From the NCBI GenBank assembly GCA_951406725.2, contig OX597823.1, positions 85,622,001 to 85,686,000 on the forward strand: DNA of 64,000 bases, read 5' to 3'. Source of the stretch: Octopus vulgaris (taxonomy: Eukaryota). This document shows, one piece after another, positions 23,657-36,247 of this stretch (position 1 is its first letter; each line of letters opens with the position of its first letter). The position numbers and the translations under genes were made by a program. The notes beneath the pieces are model-generated. The model saw only the letters and a program-made list of their open reading frames with translations, ran no database searches and had not been told where the DNA came from.

Positions 23657-23760
23657 TCACCTGAAGGGGTGAATTTTACATCTTGACTGTATGATAAACA
23701 TTACACAGCATCTCACCATTGTACTACAGGTGTAAAAATGTATCGAAACACTTGTAGTGA
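23657..23760 (+). ncRNA. Hammerhead-like motif with long stem II
   Basis: UCAC-CUGAAGG-GGU..uuuuacauc..gguguaaaa..AUC-GAAAC-ACUU-GU-A-GUGA; G in place of A9. Confidence 0.55.
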
Positions 23761-24253
23761 TTTAAGATTTTCTATCATTTATCTGTTTGCGTGTGTGCTT
23801 GTGTGTGCTTGTGTTTTTTTGCGTGCGTGTGTGTGTGTGTGTACGTGTGCGCGCACGAAGAGCGTATAATTTTGTGTGCATGAGTGTGTTTACGTATGTG
23901 TGCTAGTCTCATTTAACAATTAGTATAGGTAAAATAGGAAGCAAAAATAAAAAAGAATAATATAACTCTGTTACAATTGAAGAAGCGAAAGAAAACAATA
24001 CTTGTCATTTATCCTTTCACAGTCAAACATTAAATAAAGTTGGAGAACATTATTTCGTTGTCTTTTCAAATGTATATTTTATCAGATTCATTTTTTTCAA
24101 CATTTTGCTATTTATATTTGTAAACTTCTAATGATTCACTTCACCTTGTAACTAATGTCTTTTTTCTCAATTGTTATAAGACATTAATAACAAAAGTAAC
24201 GGATGGGTTTTAAACATAAGTTATGAATTACACAAATTCCGTTTGCTTATATA

Positions 24254-24464
24254 CAGTGTTCAAAAAGTCTCCCCGCAGTGATTTTTTTTTTTTAGACGAG
24301 TCAACTTATGTATTGAGAATGAAGAACATCACTTTCAACACCTCTTATAAAGTTTTTTTAAAGTCTTCTAAAGTCTAATATATTCTTTTGTAGTCTTATA
24401 CCATCTTATAAATATTTATTTTGCAATAAAATACTTACTGCGGAGAGACTCTTTAAACGCCCTG
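24254..24464. mobile_element. Tc1/mariner-type MITE
   Basis: TIRs cagtgttcaaaaagtctccccgcagt / actgcggagagactctttaaacgccctg, TA on both flanks. Confidence 0.75.
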
Positions 24465-25095
24465 TATATGTGTGTGCTTAATAATTCTTTAACATGCTTT
24501 CAAGATAACTTATCTTTCTACTGAGTGAGAAAAGGAAAATGAGAATCTTGCTCAATAAAAAATAAATTGGTTTTATTTTTGTGTTATTCATCTATTTTAA
24601 CTCTATTTTTATTACATATTCTCTTTATTATCAAAAATTCGTATTTCATTTCAATGAATCAAAGAAACAGCTCACTTCTTAAAAGTCCCTATACATTTAC
24701 TAAAACACACAGCTTCTAATATGAAAGTATTTATCTGCAGCAATCATTATTTTTTATTGCCAACCGTTAAAAATATCAGATGTTGGCACAGGAAATTGAT
24801 CATATGAAGCCGTATTGCTACGATACTCCAGAAATTACATTCATATATATATATATTTGGATTTTTTTGGTATATTTATCTTATTTTATTTATTGATATA
24901 TTTACACTTCTTTTTATCTTTCAATTCCTAATTGCTTGGAGTGTTTAAATTTCGTAAAATGCCGTACTTTCTATATTGTACTTAGCTGCTCTTGTCATTA
25001 GTTGGAAATACACTATCTTCAAATATTTGTTCTGTCATATATCGGTTCCGGTAGAGAATATGTTATAGCTATTATAATTAATATTAGATAACGAT

Positions 25096-25397
25096 GTGGA
25101 GGCGCAATGGCCCAGTGGTTAGATCAGCAAACTCGCGGTTGTAGGATCACCATTTCGAATTCCAGACCGGGCGTTGCGAGAGTTTATTGAGTGAAAGCAC
25201 CTAAAGCTCCACGAAGCTCCGGCAGAGGGTGGTGGTGATCCCTTCTGTACTCTTTCGCCACAGCTTTCTTTCACTCTTTCTTTTGTTGGCCTGCTCGCTT
25301 AGCCAGCGGGGTGGCGTCATTTGCAGTCTAAAACAATGCGAAGCGCATTGTGACCAGTGATGAGTAGCAACATCTGATAGCCTGGTCGGTCACGGTG
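25096..25397 (+). mobile_element. tRNA-derived SINE family D (head shared with family C, different tail)
   Basis: A and B boxes; TSD attagataa(c/t)gat at 25083 and 25398. Confidence 0.85.
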
Positions 25398-25412
25398 ATT
25401 AGATAATGATAC

Positions 25413-25620
25413 AAGGTACGAGCTGGCAGAAACGTTAGCACGGCGAGCGAAACGTTTAGCGTCATTTCGTCTGTCTTTACGTCCTGAGTTCAACTGTCAC
25501 CGAGGTCGACATTGCCTTTCGGGATCGATAAATTAAGTACCAATTGCGTACTGGGTCAGTCTAATCTACTGGCCCCCTCCTCCAAAATGTTGGATCTTGG
25601 TGTCTAGAGTAGAAAAGAAT
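25413..25620 (+). mobile_element. SINE family A
   Basis: Consensus match. Confidence 0.85.
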
Positions 25621-25666
25621 ATTAGGTAATGATATCCCAGTAAAATTATAATAACTTATATTTTTA

Positions 25667-26505
25667 TATTGGTTTCAAATTTTGACACAATGCCGGCAAT
25701 TTATGGAGAGGGGTAAATCGATTACATCGACTCCATTTCGCAGATGGTAGTTATTTTGTTGACTCCAAAATGATAAAAGGCAAAGTCGACCTCGGTAGAA
25801 TTTGAACTCAGAACGTAAGGACGGACGAAATGCCACTAAATATTTTACCCAGTATGCTAACGCTTCTGCCAGCTCACCGCCTTGTACTGAATGGAAATAT
25901 TGGATTCAAATTTTGAAGGCCAGCAATTTCAAGGAAAGGAGTAAGTCGATTACATCGACCCCAGTTTTCAAATGGTGCGTCTTTTATCGACCCCAAAATG
26001 ATAAAAGGCAAAGTCGACCTCGGTGGAATTTGAACTCAGAACGTAAAGTTCGCACAAAATGCCGTAAAACATTTTGCCCAGCATGCTAACGTTTCTGTCA
26101 GCTCACTTATATGAAATACGCTCTTCTTATTTTGGTACGAGGCCAGCAATGTTGCAGAGGGTAGTCATTTACATCGAACCCACTCAACGAATTGGGTTGG
26201 TGCATAATTATTGCGTTTTTTATTTTTTCAACGAATTTTATTCAACAAAAACAATAACAATATTTAACAAAAATATCTTTAAATGATGGTCTGCCCGCCT
26301 GCCAAGCAAATGGGCAGCAGTAATTGAAGTAGATGGTGAATAGGCTCCGGATTAATCATTTAAAGATGTTTTTGTTACATGTTGCTTTTGTTTTTGTTGA
26401 ATAAAATTTGTTGAAAAAATGCTGCAATAATAATGCACCAATCCAAACCTTAGTTTATTGATCGCGAAAAGATGAAAGGCAAAGTCACCCTCCGCGGAAT
26501 TTCGG
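25667..26505 (-). mobile_element. Three tandem minus-strand SINE A copies, the third split by a MITE
   Basis: aaaggcaaagtcgacctcgg...ctgccagctc recurs. Confidence 0.85.
26192..26446. mobile_element. Mariner MITE with long palindromic arms
   Basis: TIR ttgggttggtgcataattattgc resembles Hsmar1/MADE1 ends; arms about 95 bp; centre encodes RLPSKWAAVIEVDGE. Confidence 0.85.
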
Positions 26506-26765
26506 AATTTGCGAGAGGAATGATGTGAAAGAGGGGAAGAGCTTGGGGGATGAATGAGGGCGCAGATAAAGGGCAAGAACAAGGATAGAGAGAATAGAAA
26601 GGACATTACCAGAGGGCGAGTATGGTACATTGACAATTTTGCCCTCGAGGAAGTTGACATATAGTCGCCGAACCTGCTGAACATTACAGTAAAAATTCCC
26701 AGAAATGACATCCGTTTTAAATGGAGGCTATATTGAGCATTATACCTCGTAATATTCCAAAATAT

Positions 26766-26930
26766 CTTCCCTTCTCTGGATCTTTCCTTCTCCTATGTTT
26801 CCGACGAAGAGCTCCGCTCGAAACGTTAAACCCTCCTTCTTTCCTTCTTTCCTGAGCGTCCAATAATACTATATTTGTTCCATATCCTTGCGTTGTTGTG
26901 TTTTTTTTGTGCTTTCTTGTTTGGATTAAC
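26766..26930 (+). mobile_element. Solo PLE 3' end/pLTR ending at (TA)n
   Basis: Homologous to 9053-9211. Confidence 0.75.
26797..26831 (+). ncRNA. Minimal hammerhead-like motif
   Basis: GUUU-CCGACGA-A-GAGC(UCC)GCUC-GAA-ACGU-U-AAAC; C in place of U4. Confidence 0.65.
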
Positions 26931-26988
26931 TATATATATGTATGTGTGTGTGTATGTACGTATGTATGTATGTATGAATATATATGTA

Positions 26989-27110
<122 letters not shown>

Positions 27111-28124
27111 TTCAGAACATGTGATAGGGTTACATCTTTTACTTAATAACAGTTTCATTTGGATCAGTGCAACATAAAGTTTCGTTTGCTCGTGAAACGA
27201 ACCTATGCAAACGGATAAGAAAATACGTGCACGCGCTACCATGTCTGTGAATGTCTTGTGTGTGTGCGTGTGTGTGCACGTGCTTGTGTGTGTGCGCGTG
27301 TGAATGTATGTGTGCGCGTGACCACGTGTGTGCGTGACCACGTGTGTGCGTGACCACGTGTTTACGCACGTGTGTGTATGTGCGTTTGTGTACTTACATA
27401 TACATGACATCGAATAATATATCCTTCATTAAAACGGCTGGAAGCTTCACAGATTGAATGCCTTGATCACTAGTTTGCTCAGCCAGGACGGATCTGTTCA
27501 TAAACAACAAGGATTTGGTAAATCATAAGCATATGAATATGCTGCTGTTGTTTTATGACAATGATGTTTATTCCAAGACAACATTTATCCTGAAAAGATT
27601 TTATAGACAATCCAGTTGTTCATTAGACACTGGTTTTAAAGTGTATTCTTTGTCATTTTACTTTCATTAAAGGCAGAGATTCAATGAAGAATAAGCTGCT
27701 ATTTATAACGGGACCAAAACCCTAAATATCAGAGACAGCGGAGAAGTGTTCCCGTTGGATCTGGTCGAGGAGGAACAAAAAGGACATTTTGTATATTAAT
27801 GCTAAGGGAAGTAACTCTGAGTGAATTATTGTCGTAGCGATGACGTTTCACTGCTACGATGACAACCAACGTTATTTCCTCATTAAGCATAAGTTTGGAA
27901 GCTGAGTCAACGGAGAGGACATGCGGCTAGATGAAATCACCAAACGGTTTATAAACCCTAGTCTCCACTTACCAAGTGGCTAAAAAGTGTCAGTAGAAAA
28001 GCACCCAGTGAAAGAAGTTAAGGGTCCAAACACTTGTCTCTGGAGGGTTACTCATCCTAAGACCTGCTGTTCAGCTCTGTTAAGAATTTCTTACCACCAA
28101 CGGGTCAAACAAACTCAAAAACTT

Positions 28125-28511
28125 ACTTCCCCAAAGTCCATCCCCTCCTCACCGTGATGGGGACGTTGGTAACGGGTAGTGTCAGAGCTATGCCGCCGTC
28201 GGGAACTTCAGTTCCTGGTAGGGCCACCCAAAGCGGATTGGTCTGATACTGAGTGGTATTAGGACCACAACCCGGCAGACGGGTCTCTGGTGAAAATCCT
28301 AGGAGTGTATGTTTCGGCAACCGGCAGCTCCTCGGTCATTCTGTCCCTGCGTTTCCAGACAATCTGCGGCAAACAGGATGTCTCTACATGCGGGATTGTT
28401 GGGGACCGCTTGTGAAATCCACATATTCCAACGAAACTTCTTCCATGAGTAGAAGAAGCCGACTCAACCCGCCCAGGGTGTATGTCGCCACAAGTACCAG
28501 TAAGTAAGTAA
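28125..28511 (+). mobile_element. Non-autonomous RTE-like element
   Basis: agagctatgcc...cctggtagggccacccaa resembles an RTE 5' UTR; (TAAG)n tail; second copy at 57195-57395. Confidence 0.55.
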
Positions 28512-29028
28512 AAGCTTGCCTGTTAGATTAATATAAACAGGCCAGAAACATTCATGAAGGATATTTCATACACTATGTCATCAAGTTCCTTGCCCAAAGA
28601 TGCTTAATATTTGTATAGCTCTTTTCCATATATATTTACAATATTACACAGATGTATTAATGATTTACTCAGTAACTCTGAAGTCTGTAAAATTCATAGC
28701 TTTACTATGCATATGGCGTTTTGTCTGCATTATTATCGCATTCATTCAAGTGTAAGATATGCGGCACTGGATCTTCTAATGAAGCTTGGTCGGCAAGTAC
28801 TGCAGAAGAGAAATCTGTTAATATTTGTTTCATTCTTTAGAAAAAAAAATAGGCGTGTTTTTTTATTATTATATATGTATATATGGTTATAGAATAGACA
28901 TTTAAAATGCAATATCCAAGCTGGTTTGACATCACAAGCGTAACCAATATCAATTATGAGACAATCTATTACTTCTAGAATGACATAAACTCAGTGCACG
29001 CACCTGAAGACAAGCACACACAGACACA

Positions 29029-29059
<31 letters not shown>

Positions 29060-29414
29060 GCACGCACTCACGTATGTATTTATGCATACATATCTATCTA
29101 TCTATCTATTTATCTATCTCTATGTGTTCGTGTGTATGTACCTATATATTAGTTATTAGCAACAGACACAATATTAGTAATGAATAGCAATCTGTGCATT
29201 CAACTTAACATGAATATAATGTAAGAATGCTACTCCGGTATTTTTCTTGAAAAAGCATCTTGTGTAGATATTATGCTTAAAATCACCAAAGTATCACCAG
29301 GGGGTGTAGAAATCAAATGATATAGTAGTGTGATTTCTACGTGCTTGAACATCATCATCAGCAAGCATTATCACTTTCGCTGCATACTACCGAAACTTCG
29401 TCTATATTGTGTGC

Positions 29415-29452
<38 letters not shown>

Positions 29453-29499
29453 CAAAGTATGGAGTTAACTCCAGATAGGCATAATGTAAGTTTCATAAT

Positions 29500-29549
<50 letters not shown>

Positions 29550-30000
29550 AAGCATTGGGTATGTACCTAATTGTTAGCCTGTGCAGCACGTTCACTGCTT
29601 ATGACTACCTGACGTCATCCACGGTATCTTTACAATTGTTGCTGGATCTACCTCAGGGATTTCTCAGTTTTCTTAGAGTATACACCACATGATTGAGACG
29701 GAAATGGAATATACGAGAAACTTTATTGCTCAGAACGATCGTTTCGACCCATCATGCATAAAAAACTGTAAAGAATACTGTAAGGCCGTTTGTTATGTAT
29801 CCTTCGGTGCAGAATTATGACGTCGTGTAACTTTTGAAGGGGTGTCTCTTTAAATAAACCCTGTTTTGTTGTGTTTTAATTCTGCTTGTTTTAGTGGTCG
29901 TAGGCTTTACCGTTTGGGTAGGATAAATGAGTGACAAATTCTGTTGCAATCAATTTTCTCGTGAATTCCATTTTTCGTCCCATTCATTTGTTTTATATAC
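29550..30000 (-). mobile_element. Family F: ORF-less insert with an inverted terminal duplication
   Basis: Similar to 44660-44840; 29679-29730 inverted at 29946-30000; minus strand has CGAAACGATCGT. Confidence 0.55.
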
Positions 30001-30001
30001 A

Positions 30002-30085
<84 letters not shown>

Positions 30086-30949
30086 TATGTGTGTGTGTGT
30101 GTAATGTGCATATACATAGTGGGATATTATTTGCACATATTTAATATGAGGACCCTCATGTTAGAAATCTATCCATTCTTACTTATCTTTTTACGAAGGT
30201 ATCTCAAGTTCTGTGATCTGCTCTTATCCACTTCAACAGAATTCTTAACAAGGCCTTGCAGGTAGGACCAATAAAGTCTGAGGGACGATAGTCCGAGCTA
30301 AATATTCGAGGAATATTTACGAACTTATTAGCAGTTTTTACTGGTCACATTATTCTTACAGGACATATGAACGGAGTTTTGTGACGATAAATGTCTATAT
30401 TTGATAGTCAGTCTAGGAGAGATTATCGATCAAATTAGGAATTTGGATACCAACGTTCTACAGTCTCTCCTGTCTTTAGTGAATAATGGTGCAAACAGCT
30501 CGCAATCGGCAAGAATACTGCAAACGTTGGTGTCGTTATTAAAGCAAGTGTGACAAAAGTATTAAGTAAACTTTGTAAGGTAAGAAGTCAGAACTGTATG
30601 CATTCAGAAATACATTGTCCCAGTTATATCATAATGTCAGAGCTGAAACCAACATTTAGGCTATCAGATTGAGCACTTCAAGAAACCAAGAATAGGAAGT
30701 AACTAACTACTGGCAACGTAAACGCCTGCAGCAATAGTGTTAAATGGGTGGATGGAGACAGAGGCATAATGTCAGTCCTGTCGGAATGTGGCGTCATTTT
30801 CAGTTAGAATACACTGACTGAATATCAAAGTGAGAAATGAATACAGAGAAAAGTAATAACATCATGAGATTAGACAAACTCCTGAAGAGGTACCGTCAGT
30901 GAGTACTATTTCATATGAAGCAAGAATAACAGAACTGAAGGAGAAATAC

Positions 30950-31300
30950 TCATCATACTGTGCTGTCCCCACCGTGCCGACTGCTTCATCTCGGACAAGG
31001 ATGATGTACTGCAATAGCTTGGCTTTCAAGGGCCCACAGCTGTTTAACTGTCTGCCGAAGCATCTGAGGGGCCTCTATGGAGTGGATGTAGACGTTTTCA
31101 AACGTGAACTTGACTTCTGGCTCACCGAGATCCCGGATGAGCCAATATCTAAGCAAGAAACTCAAAAGAGGGCAGTAGCATCGAAATCCATCCTTCACCA
31201 AAAGCCGCTCCGACAAAGGTGGAAGGTAGAAAGATGATTACAATGGCGGTGCTCCAGCATGGCCACAGTCATTGGACTGAGACATATAAAATAGTAAAAG
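30950..31300 (+). mobile_element. CR1-like LINE 3' end
   Basis: NSLAFKGPQLFNCLPKHLRGLYGVDVDVFKRELDFWLTEIPDEP, a typical CR1-group ORF2 C-terminus; short 3' UTR with hairpin. Confidence 0.8.
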
Positions 31301-33042
31301 AATTGCAGCAGAAAGTTTTAATCATGCGTACATATGAAGCAAACCATTTAAATAGAGAATAACCTCTGCTGGACCTATCATAGTTAGAGAACATTTCATC
31401 TAGAACACAACGTCTTTGCTATCCAAAAGCAGGAGATACTTATTAAATAGCTGGTCAAAAAGAAGAAATGGATATCACTGTATATTTAAGTTGGGATAAA
31501 AAAGATATCGATGGTGCAGTTCCAGTGTAGAATATATCATTCGTATCATCCACTCTCGTATAACACAATTAACAGGTGGTGTGTTTTAATGAAAACTGCT
31601 CCATTATGAAAACTGCCCAATTAATAAAAACTGCTCCATAGAATAATATCTGGCCAGATATTGTTCTATAAATCAGGAAACAAATGTCATACACTGCTGG
31701 AGAGATCAGCTCGTCAGCAGATCTGAATGCTTCGGTGAAAACTGTAGGGGACGGGTGGGTGTTGGAAGAGAACATCAACATTGAATGACAGAGAAACTCC
31801 TCTTCTAGCCAGGCTGTATATTTTCACTTGTACTTATTATTATAGATGCGCTCTGTTATGAAACAATAGATATGCGTAAAAGCCTAGAAATGGTGCGGCT
31901 CTTCGAAAGAGAGCGAAACAAACTGATTCATATTCCACCTGTACAATCGAAAAACATTCCAAGAGAAAATCTATAAACTGGACATCGGAGCTATAAATTT
32001 CTTATTAGAACACAATAGATGTTGTTACTCTAATATTAAATAAGACATTCACATCCGCCGAGCAACTTGGTCTCTGCAACGGCGTATAGGTTTAGTTCTG
32101 TCACATAGAACAATATTAATACAGCCTATTATACATTTGCATCGCATTGCTGTTTTTTTATTGGGATACTCAATAAGCGTTCCTTATTTTTAAAGGTGTT
32201 CATACATCCTAGTTCCATTGTATCTTCGGCATAGCCATCGGGGAAAACCAGCTTACAGATATATTGTGAATAATTTTAGCAACAATGTCATATCTAGTTA
32301 CATTGAGAGTATTTTTAGGCAACTGCTATGACACAATCGTTATTTTCTATCTCAATGTGGTGGTTTACATGTATCCTAATATCTCTTATTAACCAGACAT
32401 TTAACAGTTACAGAGGGAAGCAAACAGATAGAAAAAAAAAAAAATTGCCACCCTTCTTTTTACGCGAGTGACGTTAAGCAGATAGTCACGTTGACTTCAA
32501 AAAGGTGATGTTCTACGTTAATTTATTCATTGATTTATTTATTTCGAATTTCCATCATGATTTGCACTGTTTGAGTTTTGATTTAGCGTGTATCAACTAC
32601 ACTGTGTGGGTGGGTGTTTTTCTCCTGTCACACTATATATTTCCTGCCCCAGAATAGTGAATTGTATTCATCTAGATGTGACAGATCCAAAAGAGCTTAC
32701 TTCATCTGTCAGCATTGAAGATAAATACCTCTACACTGAAATTTTGAAAATCTATAGGATAAAAATTGAGCAGCTCTAGAATACTTTATCCAAATAAACT
32801 TCATATTTATAGATTTATAAATGACGTTAATAATGCGCTTGGTCTTTTTTTTTTCGCTGGTTTATTTTAAATGCTTTAAACGCTTCCAGATTGTTATGAC
32901 TTTCAAAACTTCTGAAAATTTCCTTTATCTATGTGTCGAATAGAGTAGAATTAAAAATAACTTTCTTTCTTACATATGTATGATACGTGGCGGGGATACA
33001 TGTATGTGCTTGTGTATGTGTGTTGAGTTGTATGTATATAGG

Positions 33043-33095
<53 letters not shown>

Positions 33096-33236
33096 AATAT
33101 ATAAATTAACAGGTAGGGTGAGTACACTAGGTAACTATGTACTACATTAGCTTTACACCATTAAGATATATAGATGCTCAGTATTCCTTGTGGTGGGTAC
33201 TTTTTACTTGTTGTTTAAAAGTTGATTTTTCGACAG

Positions 33237-33299
<63 letters not shown>

Positions 33300-33361
33300 A
33301 GTACACATACACATGTACACACGTACACATGTACACACGTACACACACATGTATATATGTA

Positions 33362-34682
33362 CTAGCAGGATTGCCCGGAGTTGCTCGGTGCTGAATTGCT
33401 TGAAATTACTGTTAATGATTGCACTGAATTATGATGATTATTCAGGCAAATATTGATATAAGTTTACGGCGAATGAATGTATTTGTAAGTGTATAGAAAG
33501 CCGTGTAAAGGGGTTCCTACCCCCTCGTAGAATGGTGTAAGAATTGAATGCGGGTTGCCTTGAAAAGAGCCATGTTATTGTTCTCATAATTGTAAGAATT
33601 TGATAGTCGTGGAAGGCGGTGTAAAACGTTCGCAGGTGAATAGGGTCTCTTCATTTTCCACGAACGGCAGCGGATGTGCTGTTACAAAACTTCATGCTGT
33701 GTTAAAAGAGAATGGATGCCCTATGTAGGCAAGAGGGGAATGAACCATGGGTAAGTAAATATGGGTAAGTTATAAAATATAGAACAATAGCATCTACTCA
33801 TCATATGTCAGACCGGCAAGACTGTAGTGGTGCTGAATAGATGAATCACAACACAGTGGTGGAGATGTTTTCATTGATGGGCGTTATGATTAAATTTGTT
33901 GTATAAAATGATCTGTTGCTTAGTTTCCAAAGTGTAGGATCAATGAGTTTTTGACAGGATAAAGAAAAATGTTGTTGTGGTGGTATGAGGTTGATAGTGT
34001 TATGTTGTCTGTACGGAAATAAAATTGAATTGTTGGTGTGTGTTTGCAAATGTGTTCGATTGAGAAAGTGAATTGTGTTTGGCGCCTTTTTTACTAATAA
34101 CAAACACACACGCGTGTGTGTGTGTTTGAGTGTTTGTATGTAGTTGTTTGAAACGTTTGTGTTTGTCACTGTCATATATGTATATGTTTGCGTGTCTATG
34201 TGTGTGTGTGAGGAGTAAATCGTTATGTATTTATTTTTTCTGTTTCCTCTGTCTTTTTTTAGGAGTGGTTTGCAAAGAGAAAGTAGATCTATATGTTTGC
34301 GTGTCTATGTGTGTGTGTGAGGAGTAAATCGTAATGTATTTATTTTTTTTCTCTGTTTCCTCTCTGTCTTTTTCTTTTGAGGAGTGGTTTAAGCATTAAT
34401 AAGAGAAAGTGGCAGAATGTGTGATGTTGAATGTATTTTTAAGAGTGATAGAAAGAGGATATAAGAGTGGTATACACTTGCAAAGAGAAAGTAGCAGAAA
34501 GAGCTTTATCGAATTTTTGCTTAATTGGGGGTCAAATTGGAAAAAATTATATGCCATGACCCAATCGAATCTACTTCGAAAAATCATAGCTAAATTCCAA
34601 TTGAAGAAATTCTATATTGTACAATCGTATAGCAAACAAACATAGTCACAGACAGAGAAAATCTGCCTTTTATAGTATATGA
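33362..34682 (-). mobile_element. Non-autonomous Helitron
   Basis: Minus strand A|TCATATACTATAAAA ... ccgagcaactccggg...gCTAG|T; internal duplication of about 110 bp at 34180-34390. Confidence 0.75.
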
Positions 34683-34685
34683 TAC

Positions 34686-34729
<44 letters not shown>

Positions 34730-34951
34730 GGGTAGGAAAAATTATAGAAATTTCTTCTACCAATGGCCTAGTATGTATACAAAGTCAATAGACATATTTT
34801 TCATATAAAAATTAGTGTACATTAAAGTAAAAAGATGTGAGCCTTAACAGGTTGCCTAACATACTAGAAAGAACAATCAAAAGGTCCAAACTACAGTTTA
34901 AGAGCAATTTGGAAGGCAATGAAAAATAAAAACATTTACCATATTTTACAG

Positions 34952-35019
34952 CCGGACCTCAGATTTCGAACTTCAATTAGCAAATAAAATAATTTACAAG
35001 GCGAAGTCCTCGTCAGCGG
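34952..35019 (-). ncRNA. Type I hammerhead motif, fully canonical core
   Basis: CCG-CUGACGA-GGACUUC(28 nt)GAAGUUC-GAA-AUCU(G)AGGU-C-CGG; GUC triplet; lies in a 420-bp insert (34727-35147) flanked by (TA)n. Confidence 0.78.
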
Positions 35020-35146
35020 ATACGCCAAAACATTAATATATAAATTAGAGACCGTTTAATTGGAATTTTTATTCGCTGCCGATTGAATCTGCGCTTGTGC
35101 GGAGAATTTGAAGTTCAGAGAGTGTAAGAAGATCAGAGGGCTTATT

Positions 35147-35193
<47 letters not shown>

Positions 35194-35217
35194 TCATATA
35201 TGTATATATATATATAT

Positions 35218-35274
<57 letters not shown>

Positions 35275-35453
35275 TATACATATATATACAGATATACATA
35301 CACGTATGTACACACATACAACAGTATCAGTTATTCGTAGGTGCAGTACAGTATTCTTATTAGAGAACGTATAAGAAAAGAAATAAGAGTAGAATCGAAG
35401 TAAGCAACAGAGTTTGAGAGGAGTAGTTTTGTAGAAATGAAAAGGTATATATA

Positions 35454-35804
35454 TTCTGTGTCCTTATATTTTCGAATAAAGTAGATCAGCTCTACCCAGC
35501 ACAACTTCGCATCCACGGACCGATTTCTGGGTTATTGAGCTTTATCATCGTTTACTGAGTTGACGTTGATTAGATGTCGCTACTGAATTGCTGTCGATTT
35601 TTAAAGTGACACCCAGTCACTGATCTACAGAATAGAAATATTATTATTTCTAAATCTCTTAAAGAGCAGTTTAGTGGCATCATCTAGACGACCAAGCGAC
35701 TACATGCTGATAGAGAGCAATAACCCAGAAATTGCTCTGTGGATACGAGGCTGTGCTGGGTGGAGGTGCTGATCTCCACCGTTCGAAAATATAAGTACAC
35801 AGAA
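35454..35804. repeat. Diverged fold-back (inverted repeat)
   Basis: ttctgtgtccttatattttcgaa...atttctgggttattg at 35454-35537 is inverted at 35718-35804. Confidence 0.8.
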
Positions 35805-36030
35805 CTTTTTGTGTCGTATAGCCAGCTGGAAACCATGTTTCCTGGGGCTAAATATCAGTAACATTTGTCCCGTCCTGGGACCGCTACATTATGTTCCCAA
35901 AAAACCATTAACTTATGACGCTGCTACTGAATGTCTCTCTTTGAGAGATTTAGAAATAATGTTTCTATTTTATATATATATGTATATATATTCTTTTATT
36001 GTTATTATCATTAAAATATTTTATTCTAGT

Positions 36031-36247
36031 AAAGTGGCGAGCTGACTGAATCGTTAGCACGCCGGCCAAAATGCTTAGCAGTATTTCACCCGTCGCTAAA
36101 TGCCGAGTTCAAATTCTGCCGATGTCGATTTTGCCTTTCATCATTTCGGGGGCGATAAATTAAGTACCAGTGAAATACTGGGGACGATGTAATCGAGTTG
36201 CCCCTTCCCACAAAATTTCAGGTCTTGTGTCTATAATGAAAGGATTA
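36031..36247 (+). mobile_element. SINE family A
   Basis: Consensus match. Confidence 0.85.

Noticed and set aside
27316-27372. Repeated CACGTG E-box cluster
   Set aside because: A 16-bp unit repeated three times inside a degenerate (GT)n tract; slippage product
31638-31668. 30-bp near-perfect palindrome tagaataatatctggccagatattgttcta
   Set aside because: Isolated and loopless, with no second copy or context to assign a function
31695-31720. Minus-strand CTGACGA-GCTG(atctctc)CAGC as a hammerhead
   Set aside because: No GAAA after the stem and no stem III
32701-32735. Possible minus-strand micro-exon (tttcag ... gtaagc; RYLSSMLTDE from the inner AG)
   Set aside because: Splice-like signals alone are common by chance; no partner exons or homology
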